Shown here: positions 33,275-42,118 of the stretch, piece by piece
How positions within the stretch are numbered: position 1 is the first letter of the stretch
How the letters are laid out: each line of letters opens with the position of its first letter
Source of the DNA: Brevundimonas sp.
Lineage (GTDB): Bacteria; Pseudomonadota; Alphaproteobacteria; Caulobacterales; Caulobacteraceae
NCBI RefSeq assembly: GCF_047617075.1
Contig: NZ_JBLGCI010000015.1
Span: 882-64,881 of the forward strand
Reading direction: 5' to 3'
Length of the DNA stretch: 64,000 bases
The notes under the pieces: generated by a model
Told to the model about the DNA's origin: nothing
The model's input: the letters and a program-made list of their open reading frames with translations, nothing else
The model's database searches: none
Position numbers and translations under genes: made by a program

Positions 33275-34531
33275 ATGCCATACCCTCACCGACGTCGGCC
33301 GCGTTTCGCGGCGGTCTGCGCCGTGGCCGTCCTCGCGGCCGCCTTGACCGGCCCAGCTTGGGCCGATCCCGCCCCGGCCTACGAGACCTTGCTCGCGCGC
33401 CTCGGACAGACGCCCGTGACCCTGGAGGCCGACGCCGTGCTCGACGCGGCGGAGGCGCGGGTGCGCCAGGCCCGCGTCCGGCCCAATCCGGAACTCGGCC
33501 TGGAGGCGGAGAACGCCTTCGGCAGTGGGCCTTTCGAAGGCTACGACAACGCCGAAACCACCCTGTCGCTGAGCCAGGATCTGGAGCTGTGGGGCCGCCG
33601 CGGCGCCCGGGTCGAGGTGGCCCGGGCCGAAGCCGGAACAGCCGCCTTGCGTCGTGATCTGGCCTCAGTCGAAGCCGCCGGTCGCCTCGCCCTGGTCTAC
33701 GCCGAGGCCGAGGCTGCGGAACGTCGCTTCGCCCTCGCCGAAGAGGCGTTGACCGTCACGATCGCCGACACGCGAGCGGCCTTGACCCTTGTGGAAGAGG
33801 GCCGTGAGCCCCTGCTGCGCGGCATCCAGGGCGAGAGCGAGGCCGCGGCCGCCCGCGCGGCGCTGGATGAGGCCGAGGCCGAACGCGACGCCGCCTTCGC
33901 CCGGCTGACCGCGATCGCCATGCTGCCGACGCCGGTCACCTCCATTCACGTCAGCCTGATCGACCGGACCCCGGCGGGGCTGGCCGACGTGGACGCAGAG
34001 GGGACCCTCGAAGTTCGCGTGGCCGAGGCGGAACGGGCGGCCGCCGAGCGCCGAATCGACGTGGAGCGGGTGCGGGTCCGCCCCGATGTGCGCGCTTCGG
34101 TGGGCGTGCGGCGCTACGAAGCCGAGGACGCCACCGCCTTCACTTTCGGCCTCAGCCTGCCTCTGCCGTTGTTCGACAGGAACCGCGGCAACATCGATGC
34201 GGCGCAGGCCGAGTTCCGCGCGGCCGACGCCAGGCTGATGGGCGCCCGGCAGGAGGCGCAAGCCGACCGCGAGGCCGCCGAGGCTCGCCTCCGCGCCTCG
34301 GTCAGCCGTGTCAGGGCCGGGGACGCCGGAGTCGCGGCCGGCGAGGAGGCCTATCGGCTCTCCCGGATCGGCTTCGAGGCCGGACGCATTTCGCAGCTCG
34401 AGCTTCGCTCCTCTCGCGCCGCCCTGATCTCCGCTCGCAACGCCGCCGTGGACGCTCGCCTCGCGCGCGCCCGCGCTGAAATCGACCTCGCGCGCCTGCA
34501 AGGCCGCGCCCCGTTTGGAACATCGCAATGA
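33275..34531 (+). CDS. czcC: TolC-family outer membrane factor, CzcC-like
   Basis: Signal peptide, RPNPELGLEAEN, LPLPLFDRNRGNI, GFEAGRIS. Confidence 0.85.
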   Translation: MPYPHRRRPRFAAVCAVAVLAAALTGPAWADPAPAYETLLARLGQTPVTLEADAVLDAAEARVRQARVRPNPELGLEAENAFGSGPFEGYDNAETTLSLSQDLELWGRRGARVEVARAEAGTAALRRDLASVEAAGRLALVYAEAEAAERRFALAEEALTVTIADTRAALTLVEEGREPLLRGIQGESEAAAARAALDEAEAERDAAFARLTAIAMLPTPVTSIHVSLIDRTPAGLADVDAEGTLEVRVAEAERAAAERRIDVERVRVRPDVRASVGVRRYEAEDATAFTFGLSLPLPLFDRNRGNIDAAQAEFRAADARLMGARQEAQADREAAEARLRASVSRVRAGDAGVAAGEEAYRLSRIGFEAGRISQLELRSSRAALISARNAAVDARLARARAEIDLARLQGRAPFGTSQ

Positions 34532-35712
34532 AGCGCCCCTCGTCGATCAACAAGACCTGGCTCATGGCCGGAGCCGCCGCCGTCGTCGTCCTTGGCGGGG
34601 CTGGGCTCTACACGGTCTTCGGTCCGAGCGGACAGCCCGCCGCGGCTCAAGGCGAGGCAGGCTCCGCCGAGGAGGAGGCGGGCCACGCGGAAGAGGGCGG
34701 GGAGCAGGGCGTCGTCGTGCTGTCGCCCGCCCAAATCCAGGCCGCAGGCATCGCGGTCGTCACGGTCACCGGCGGCGGCGGGGGCGAGACACGGCTGGCC
34801 GGCCGAGTGGAGCCCATGGTCGATGCGCGGGCCGCGGTCGCCGCCTCGGTCGGCGGGCGCGTGGAGCGGGTGCTGGTCGCGCCCGGTCAGTCGGTTCGCA
34901 TCGGCCAACCCTTGGCCGTGCTGGTCAGCGGCGACGCCGCCGCCTACCGCGCGGACGCCGACGCCGCCGTGGCGTCCGCCGACGCCGCCCGGCGCGCGTA
35001 TGACCGTGACCGCAATCTGGAGCAGGCCGGCGTTGTCGCCCGTCAGGATGTCGAGACCTCCCGGGCCCAGTCGCTCAGCGCCGAGGCGTCCGCTCGCGCC
35101 GCCCGCGCAAGGGTCTCGGCCGCCGGCTCGCCTAGCGCTTCCGGCCGACTCAGCGTCACCAGTCCGATCAATGGCGTCGTCACGAGTGTTCTGGTGGGGC
35201 CGGGCGGCTTCGCCGCCCAAGGCGGCGTGATCGCCGAGGTCACCAACCCGGCGCGCGTCGAGATCGTGTTCAACGCGCCTCCGGCCCTTGCCGCCCTGGT
35301 GCGCACCGGTTCGCCCGTGCGTGTTCAGGGGGCGTCCGGCGAGTTCGACGCCGTGGTCACCGGCGTCGCCGCCGGGGCCGGCGCCGAAAGCGGCGCCACG
35401 ATCATCCGCGCGCGCCCGACGGGAGGCGGCCTTCCACCCGCCGGTTCCGCAGTCAGCGCATCGATCGTCACCGGCGAGGTCGCAGGCGGCCTGACGGTGC
35501 CGTCCGAAGCGGTGCAGACCCTCGAGGGGGCTACCGTGGTTTTCGTGCGCACGGCAGAGGGCTTCCGCGCGGCGCCGGTGCTGGCGGGCCGCCAGGCCGG
35601 CGGCCGGACGGAGATTCTTCGGGGCCTTGTCGGAACGGAGCGCATCGCAGGCGCCAACGCCTTCCTCCTGAAAGCCGAGCTCGCCAAGGGCGAGGCCGAA
35701 GAAGAAGAATAG
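34528..35712 (+). CDS. czcB: RND periplasmic adaptor, CzcB-like
   Basis: TM anchor, EEEAGHAEE, lipoyl-like motifs, VPSEAVQ, FLLKAELAKG. Confidence 0.85.
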   Translation: MKRPSSINKTWLMAGAAAVVVLGGAGLYTVFGPSGQPAAAQGEAGSAEEEAGHAEEGGEQGVVVLSPAQIQAAGIAVVTVTGGGGGETRLAGRVEPMVDARAAVAASVGGRVERVLVAPGQSVRIGQPLAVLVSGDAAAYRADADAAVASADAARRAYDRDRNLEQAGVVARQDVETSRAQSLSAEASARAARARVSAAGSPSASGRLSVTSPINGVVTSVLVGPGGFAAQGGVIAEVTNPARVEIVFNAPPALAALVRTGSPVRVQGASGEFDAVVTGVAAGAGAESGATIIRARPTGGGLPPAGSAVSASIVTGEVAGGLTVPSEAVQTLEGATVVFVRTAEGFRAAPVLAGRQAGGRTEILRGLVGTERIAGANAFLLKAELAKGEAEEEE

Positions 35713-35724
35713 AGAGCGACGCGC

Positions 35725-38700
35725 ATGTTCAACGCCATCATCGCGGCGTCGGTCCGGTTCCGCTGGTTCGTCGTCATCGCCGTCGCCCTCGTCGCCGGCC
35801 TGGGGCTGTTCGAGCTGACCCGGCTGCCGATCGACGCGGTGCCGGACATCACCAGCCGGCAGGTCCAGATCACCACGGTCGCTCCGGCGCTCGCGCCCGA
35901 GCAGATCGAAAGGCAGGTGACCTTCCCGCTCGAGACCGCGCTCTCTGGCATCCCTGGCCTGACCAGCACCCGCTCTCTGTCGCGCAACGGCTTCAGCCAG
36001 ATCACCGCGGTCTTCACCGACCAGACGGACATCTACTTCGCCCGCCAGCAGGTCGCCGAGCGCCTGGCTTCGGCTCGCGAGGGCCTGCCCGACGGCGTCG
36101 AGCCCAATCTGGCGCCGATCACCACCGGACTGGGCGAGGTTCTGATGTGGACGGTCGACTATACGCCGTTCAATAGCCGCAACCTCGCGCGGCCGGGCCA
36201 GCCCGGCTGGCAGCCGGGCGGTCATTATCTGACGCCGGAAGGCGAACGGCTGACCACGCCGGAGCAGCGCGCCACATACCTTAGGACGGTGCAGGACTGG
36301 ATCATCGCCCCGCAAATGCGCGGGACGGAAGGACTCGCGGGCGTCGATACGATCGGCGGTTATGTGAAGGAATACGCCGTTCGTCCCGACGTGGCCCGGC
36401 TGTCCAGCTATGGACTGGGTCTCGGCGATCTGGTGGAGGCGCTGGAACGGGCCAACACCCAGGCTGGGGCGGGCTATGTTCACCGCGCCGGCGAAGCGCT
36501 GGTGGTGCGCACTGATGCGCTCGCCCTTACCGTGGACGATCTCGCCCAGGCGCCGGTCGTCAATCGCGGCGGTCTGGTGCTGCGCGTGGCGGATGTCGCC
36601 ACGGTGGAGATCGGACAGGCGCCCAGGCTCGGTGCTGGCAGTCGGGACGGTCACGAGGCGGTGCTCGGCACCGCCCTGATGATCGCCGGCGGCAACAGCC
36701 GCACCGTCGCTGAGGCGGCCGCCGAGCGGCTGGCGGAGGTCGACGACAGCCTGCCGCCCGGCATCGTCGCCGCGCCGGTGCTTAACCGCAGCGAACTGGT
36801 CAACTCGACGATCGCCACCGTCGCCCGCAACCTGACCGAGGGCGCGCTGCTGGTGGTGGTGGTGCTGTTCCTGTTGTTGGGCAACATCCGCGCCGCGACC
36901 ATCACCGCCCTGATGATCCCGCTCAGCTTCCTGTTCGCCGTCATCGGCATGAACCGGTTCGGAATCAGCGGAAATCTGATGAGCCTCGGGGCGCTGGACT
37001 TCGGGCTGATGGTCGACGGCGGCGTGGTCGTCATCGAAAACACCCTGCTGTTGCTCACCCAGCGCCGCGCCGCGCTCGGCCGCATGCTTACCCGCCACGA
37101 GCGGCTCGATGTGGCCGTGCAATCGGCGCGGCAGATGATCAAGCCGGCCGCCTTCGGTCAGCTGATCATCCTGCTGGTGTTCGCGCCGCTGCTGATGCTG
37201 GAGGGCGTAGAGGGCAAGACGTTCCAGCCCATGGGCGCCACCGTCATGCTGGCGCTCGTCGGCGCGTTCATCTTCTCCTTCACCTTCGTGCCAGCCATGA
37301 CTGCGCTCCTCGTGCGCGACCCAAAAGCGGTGCAACTGGGTCCTGACGGTCGTCCGGCCGAACATGAGACCTGGATCCTCCGTTTCGCGCGCCGCCACAT
37401 CGAGCCTGCCATCCAGGCGGCGGTCGCGCGGCCGAAGGTCGTGCTGATCTCGGCCGTGGCGGCCGTGGCGGTCGGCGCCATGTCCTTCATGGCGCTCGGA
37501 CGGGAGTTCATCCCCACCCTTGATGAGGGCGACGTCTCCATGTTCGTGGTCAAGCCGCCGGCCACCTCTCTCGATCGATCGCTTCGGATGCAGCGGAGCC
37601 TTGAGCGCGCCTTGCTCGCCGCCCCGGAGGTGCGCTCGGTCTTCTCGAGAACCGGAACCGCCGAAGTGGCGATCGATCCGATGACGCCCAATGTGTCGGA
37701 CGCCATCATCATGCTGAAGGATCGAAGCGACTGGCCCGACCCGGGCTTGGCGAAGGAAGACCTCGTGGAGCGTCTGGAGGCGATCGCACAGGGTCAGCTC
37801 GGAAACGTCTTCGAATTCAGCCAGCCGATCGAGCAGCGCTTCAATGAGTTGAGTTCGGGCGTGAGAAGCGATGTGGCCGTCATGGTCTATGGCGACGACT
37901 TCGCCACCCTTCAGCGAGTCGCCGATCAGGTCGCGGCGTCGCTCAGTGAAACTCCGGGTTCCGCGGACGTTCGTGTCGAACAGGCTTCCGGCCTGCCGAC
38001 GCTGACGGTGAGCGTGGACCGCTTCGCGGCGGCGAGCTACGGCCTCTCGGCGGCCGACGTCAGCGAGGCGGTGTCGGTCGGCGTGGGCGGCGCTGAGGCT
38101 GGTCGCGTCTTCGAAGGCGATCGCCGCTTCGATGTCGTGGTGCGTCTTCCCGACGCCGCCCGCAACGATCCCGCGGCCCTCGCGGCCCTACCCGTTGTGT
38201 CGCCCTCCGGCGTCATTGTGCCGCTCTCCTCGGTCGCCCGCATTCAGGTCGCCGAAGGCCCGAACCAGATCAGCCGCGAGAACGGCAGCCGCCGGATGGT
38301 GGTCCAGGCCAATGTGCGCGGTCGCGACCTCGGGGGCTTCGTCGCCGACGCCGAGGCGAAGGTGTCGCGCATTGATCTTCCGGCGGGGCTCTACCTCGAC
38401 TGGGGCGGTCAGTTCGAGAACCTCAAACGGGCCGAACAGCGGTTCAGCGTCGTCATCCCCATCGTCTTCATCCTGATCGGGGTTCTGCTGTTCCTGGCGC
38501 TGGGCTCCTTCGCCGAGGCCGGCCTGGTCTTCGCTTGCGTGCCCTTGGCCCTCGTCGGCGGGGCCTTGGCGTTGTTGCTGCGTGGCATGCCGTTCTCGGT
38601 CTCGGCCGCCGTTGGCTTCATCGCCGTGTCGGGCGTGGCGACCCTCAATGGTCTGGTGCTGATGCAGGCGATCCGCGAACGCCTGACGGCCGGCCTGGCG

Positions 38701-38946
38701 CCACGCGAGGCGGCCATCGAGGGCGCGTCTAGCCGCCTGCGCGCGGTGTTGACGACCGCGCTGGTCGCCATCGTCGGCTTCATTCCCATGGCCCTGGCTC
38801 ACGGGGCGGGGGCCGAGGTGCAGAAGCCGCTGGCGACGGTCGTGATCGGCGGCCTTTTGACAGCCACGGCGTTGACACTGCTGGTTTTGCCGACGTTCGC
38901 CGCCAAGGCGGTTCGGCATCGGGCCTCGGAAGGAGTGGACGATTGA
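35725..38946 (+). CDS. czcA: Heavy-metal efflux RND transporter, CzcA family
   Basis: LPIDAVPDIT, NLMSLGALDFGLMVD, FIAVSGVATLNG, QKPLATVVIGGL. Confidence 0.92.
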   Translation: MFNAIIAASVRFRWFVVIAVALVAGLGLFELTRLPIDAVPDITSRQVQITTVAPALAPEQIERQVTFPLETALSGIPGLTSTRSLSRNGFSQITAVFTDQTDIYFARQQVAERLASAREGLPDGVEPNLAPITTGLGEVLMWTVDYTPFNSRNLARPGQPGWQPGGHYLTPEGERLTTPEQRATYLRTVQDWIIAPQMRGTEGLAGVDTIGGYVKEYAVRPDVARLSSYGLGLGDLVEALERANTQAGAGYVHRAGEALVVRTDALALTVDDLAQAPVVNRGGLVLRVADVATVEIGQAPRLGAGSRDGHEAVLGTALMIAGGNSRTVAEAAAERLAEVDDSLPPGIVAAPVLNRSELVNSTIATVARNLTEGALLVVVVLFLLLGNIRAATITALMIPLSFLFAVIGMNRFGISGNLMSLGALDFGLMVDGGVVVIENTLLLLTQRRAALGRMLTRHERLDVAVQSARQMIKPAAFGQLIILLVFAPLLMLEGVEGKTFQPMGATVMLALVGAFIFSFTFVPAMTALLVRDPKAVQLGPDGRPAEHETWILRFARRHIEPAIQAAVARPKVVLISAVAAVAVGAMSFMALGREFIPTLDEGDVSMFVVKPPATSLDRSLRMQRSLERALLAAPEVRSVFSRTGTAEVAIDPMTPNVSDAIIMLKDRSDWPDPGLAKEDLVERLEAIAQGQLGNVFEFSQPIEQRFNELSSGVRSDVAVMVYGDDFATLQRVADQVAASLSETPGSADVRVEQASGLPTLTVSVDRFAAASYGLSAADVSEAVSVGVGGAEAGRVFEGDRRFDVVVRLPDAARNDPAALAALPVVSPSGVIVPLSSVARIQVAEGPNQISRENGSRRMVVQANVRGRDLGGFVADAEAKVSRIDLPAGLYLDWGGQFENLKRAEQRFSVVIPIVFILIGVLLFLALGSFAEAGLVFACVPLALVGGALALLLRGMPFSVSAAVGFIAVSGVATLNGLVLMQAIRERLTAGLAPREAAIEGASSRLRAVLTTALVAIVGFIPMALAHGAGAEVQKPLATVVIGGLLTATALTLLVLPTFAAKAVRHRASEGVDD

Positions 38947-39545
38947 CGGGTTTCAGCGCGGAAGATCATGAGCAACGCCGAACCCTGCTCCTGGTCCTGA
39001 TCCTCAACGGCCTGCTGTTTCTAGGGCTCGGTGTAGGGGGGCTGATCGCCGACTCGAGCGCGCTTCTCGCCAATGCGGTCGACAACGCGTCGGACTCGGC
39101 GGTCTACCTGATCAGCTTCCTGGCCGTGGGCAGGGCGGCGACCTGGAAGCGCGGCGCCGCCCGCATTTCGGGCGTCCTGCTGCTTCTCTTCGCGGCCGGG
39201 GTGCTGATCGACGTCGGTCGGCGCTGGTGGTTCGGAACCGAGCCTGTCGGCTGGACGATGATGAGCATGGCGCTGGTCGCCGCTGTGGTGAACCTGATTT
39301 GCCTTGGCCTGCTCCGGCGGATTCGAACTGACGACGTCAACATGCGCGCGGCCGAGACCTTCAGCCTCAACGACTTCGCCTCCAATGGCGGCATCCTGGT
39401 CGCAGGCGGACTGGTCCTGTGGCTCGACCGGGCCTGGCCTGACCTGGTCGTCGGGCTGATCGTGGCCGGCATCGCGGTCAAGGGCGGCCTTGAAATCCTG
39501 GAGGACGCCCGCAAGGAGTCCGAGGGGCGGGAGGGGGCGGTTTGA
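38943..39545 (+). CDS. Second short CDF cation transporter
   Basis: SALLANAVDNASD, DDVNMRAAETFSLND, WPDL; TTG start overlapping the czcA stop. Confidence 0.8.
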   Translation: MTGFSAEDHEQRRTLLLVLILNGLLFLGLGVGGLIADSSALLANAVDNASDSAVYLISFLAVGRAATWKRGAARISGVLLLLFAAGVLIDVGRRWWFGTEPVGWTMMSMALVAAVVNLICLGLLRRIRTDDVNMRAAETFSLNDFASNGGILVAGGLVLWLDRAWPDLVVGLIVAGIAVKGGLEILEDARKESEGREGAV

Positions 39546-39676
39546 TGGTCTGGCACGACCACCAAGACGCCGGGACCCATGACCATACAGCCGGCTCCAA
39601 CGCCCGCCAGTTGATCGTCGCCCTGGCCCCTGACCGGGACCTTCCTTGGCTCCGCGGCCGGTCTCTACTCCGCTGA
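39545..39676 (+). pseudogene. Frameshifted, truncated czcD-type CDF remnant
   Basis: TGATG coupling; MVWHDHQDAGTHDHTAGSNARQLIVALA, then LTGTFL in the +1 frame (extra C in GGCCCCTG), then no similarity. Confidence 0.6.
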
Positions 39677-39713
39677 CCGAACCGCGCGTCTGTCTTAGAG
39701 AGGACCAGGGCCG

Positions 39714-40175
39714 TCAGGCCCCGTTGTGTCGGCCGAACACGCGGGTTGAGCCGTCATTGAGGATCAGCAAAGTCGTGTAGGGCTCGCGGCCGGCGGCTTC
39801 CATGCCCGGCGAGCCCGCTGGCATGCCGGGGGCGCTCAGCGCCCGGGCGGCGGGACGTTCGCGCAGCAGCCGGTCGACATCGCCGGCGGGAACATGGCCC
39901 TCGATGGCGTAGGCGCCCACGACGGCGGTGTGGCAGCTCGCCCATCGGTCGGGAATGCCGTGCCGGGCCCGGGTGGGCGCCAGATCCTCTCGTTCGATGA
40001 CTTCCACGGTCCAGCCGGCCTGACGCATGTGGGCGATCCAGCCGCCGCAGCAGCCGCACCAGGGCGTCTTGTAGGCGGTCATCCGCTTGTCCGACGCGGC
40101 CTGGGCGCCGCCGGCCAGGGCGGCGAGAGGCAGGCCGATCAGTACGGCGCGGCGAGAGGTTGAAACTTGAGCCAT
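39714..40175 (-). CDS. DUF411 family metal-binding protein
   Basis: Tat-like SRR signal, YKTPWCGCC..W, SCHTA, IEGHVP, PGMPAGSPGME. Confidence 0.88.
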   Translation of the reverse strand: MAQVSTSRRAVLIGLPLAALAGGAQAASDKRMTAYKTPWCGCCGGWIAHMRQAGWTVEVIEREDLAPTRARHGIPDRWASCHTAVVGAYAIEGHVPAGDVDRLLRERPAARALSAPGMPAGSPGMEAAGREPYTTLLILNDGSTRVFGRHNGA

Positions 40176-40280
40176 CCGAAATCTCCTGAAGGCGTTGCGA
40201 GGCGGCAAGGCGGGATCCCGATCGCGGTTGATCCTTGGCCGATTTCAAGGCGAGGGTCGCCCCTATCGCCTTGGCGGGTC

Positions 40281-40817
40281 CTACCGGCCGAGGCCAATGA
40301 GCACCGCCGCGATCCCGAGCGCCGCGATGAGAGAGCCGCCGGTCAGCGCCATGCCGAAGGCGCGCGCGGTCGCGCCGCGAGGGTAGGCGACGGCGAAGGC
40401 GACGCGGCCGATGAGGTAGAGGCCGACAAGGGCCGGCAGGACGATCAATTCGTCTCCCCGAAGGACCGTCGCCAGGACCAGGTGGCTGCCGATGGCCAGG
40501 ACCGTCTGTTCGAGCGAGTTCTGCAGCACCGCGGCGGCCACGGCGAGGCGGGGGCTCGGGGGAGCATAGGCCGAGCCGGGCCGATCGGCGTCGGACCGAA
40601 ACCGGATGGAGGCCACGACACGGACGCAGCCGGCCAACCACAGCAGAATCAGGAGATCGACCTTGAGCGCGTAGGCTAGGCGCTCGGCGACGCCGGGTTC
40701 GGCGGGGACGCCGAACCAGTGCGCAGGAACCGCCAGCTAGGCGACCGCGACCGCGGCGGCGGTCAGCACGACCGCCGCCGCGGACGATAGCGCGATCAGG
40801 CGCTGCTCGCCGGTCAT
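40281..40817 (-). pseudogene. MAPEG-family membrane protein with in-frame TAG at codon 27
   Basis: ATG 40817 coupled to the lspA stop; MTGEQRL...AVAVA*LAVPAH...; TAG 40739-40737; downstream LQNSLEQ, YLIGRVAF in the same frame. Confidence 0.75.
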
Positions 40818-41329
40818 ACCGCCGACTGTCCTGACCGGGCGGTCAGCCAAAACAGGACGGCCACCCCGCAAACGATCGCCGCGTCCGCCAGGTTGAACGT
40901 CGGCCAACGCCAGGCGCCGACGTAGAAGTCGATGAAGTCGGTCACCGCGCCCTGGCGGACGCGGTCAATGATGTTGCCGACCGCGCCGCCGGCGACGGCG
41001 CCGAGCGCCAGGGCCAGCGGAAGGCGGCGCGTCCTCCAGGCCGCCACCAGAACCGTCGCAGCGACGGCGCCGGTGAGCGCCACCAGCAGCCAACGCCCCA
41101 TGTCGCTGTCGGCCGACAGGAGGCCGAAGGTGACGCCGCGGTTGAAGCTGAGGTCGAGATTCAAGAAGGGCGCGACCTCGATAGCGGCGGTCAGGGTCCT
41201 GGCCCACGCCTTGGTCAGTTGGTCGATCCCGACCGCGGCGAGGGCAAGGGCGACGCTCGCCAGTCTGATCGATCGGATGTCGTCTTTGGAAGCGATCAAA
41301 GGTGCGAGGGCTGATTTTCGGTCAGGCAT
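40814..41329 (-). CDS. lspA: Lipoprotein signal peptidase II (PbrC-like copy)
   Basis: DQLTK, FNRGVTFG, GAVGNIIDR, VTDFID, WPTFNLAD. Confidence 0.92.
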   Translation of the reverse strand: MPDRKSALAPLIASKDDIRSIRLASVALALAAVGIDQLTKAWARTLTAAIEVAPFLNLDLSFNRGVTFGLLSADSDMGRWLLVALTGAVAATVLVAAWRTRRLPLALALGAVAGGAVGNIIDRVRQGAVTDFIDFYVGAWRWPTFNLADAAIVCGVAVLFWLTARSGQSAV

Positions 41330-42029
41330 GCGGTTCTTCCGTTTGATCAAGCGGCCGATGGCGTGGCTTTTCGGCGCGGTACAGGGAGATCGACCCGGTG
41401 GCGGTCGCGATCACCGCCCGCTCCTCGACGCCCTCGAACCCGGCCTCGGCGATCAGGTCGGGCAAGCCGCCGGCGGCGCTCAGCCGGGTGTTCTCGACCC
41501 CGTCGAGGGCCTGGACCTGGCGGAAGAGAAGCCGCATCGACGCCGTGCGTTGCCAGCCGTAGTCGGCGATGTGCAATTCCCCGCCCGGCCGAAGGGCGGC
41601 GTGGATCGACGCTAGCCCCGCCCTCTTGCCGGCGATCGGCACCTGGTGAAACACGAGGCTGGACACGACCTTGTCCGCCCGGTCCCGGCCGACCAGGCCC
41701 GAGACGTCGCCAGCGAAGCCCTGACGAAAATTCACGTCGGCCCCGCGGTCGCGGGCCTTGGCCCGGGCTCGGTCCAGCACCTCCGGGTCGGGGTCGATGC
41801 CGATCACGGCGGCCTCCGGGGCGGCGGCCTTGAGCAGGGTCGCGAGAGTGCCGGTGCCGCAGCCGACATCGACGATCGTTTCGCCGTCGCGTGGCGCGAG
41901 CTGCGCCAGGAGGGCCGCGCGCCAGATCCTCTCGCGCGTCATCAGGGCGATGACGGCGTCATACAGTCCCGTCAGGCTGCGGTGCCCGAGAGCCGGTGTG
42001 AATTCGGCCGAGGATGCGGAACGAGTCAT
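41322..42029 (-). CDS. Class I SAM-dependent methyltransferase
   Basis: IVDVGCGTGT motif I, GIDPD, VVSSLVFH, LRPGGELHIADY; GGAGG RBS before ATG 42029. Confidence 0.85.
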   Translation of the reverse strand: MTRSASSAEFTPALGHRSLTGLYDAVIALMTRERIWRAALLAQLAPRDGETIVDVGCGTGTLATLLKAAAPEAAVIGIDPDPEVLDRARAKARDRGADVNFRQGFAGDVSGLVGRDRADKVVSSLVFHQVPIAGKRAGLASIHAALRPGGELHIADYGWQRTASMRLLFRQVQALDGVENTRLSAAGGLPDLIAEAGFEGVEERAVIATATGSISLYRAEKPRHRPLDQTEEPHA

Positions 42030-42061
42030 GAAGCCTCCAGGATTAGGCGTCATGCTGCATC

Positions 42062-42082
42062 CTCTAGTCGCTAGAGGGTCAA
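42062..42082 (-). promoter_or_regulatory. MerR-type promoter/operator 2
   Basis: Minus strand TTGACC-CTCTAG-CGA-CTAGAG. Confidence 0.85.
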
Positions 42083-42118
42083 GCGAAGATTTCGTCCGTC
42101 GTCGGGGCCGTCCCGGCC

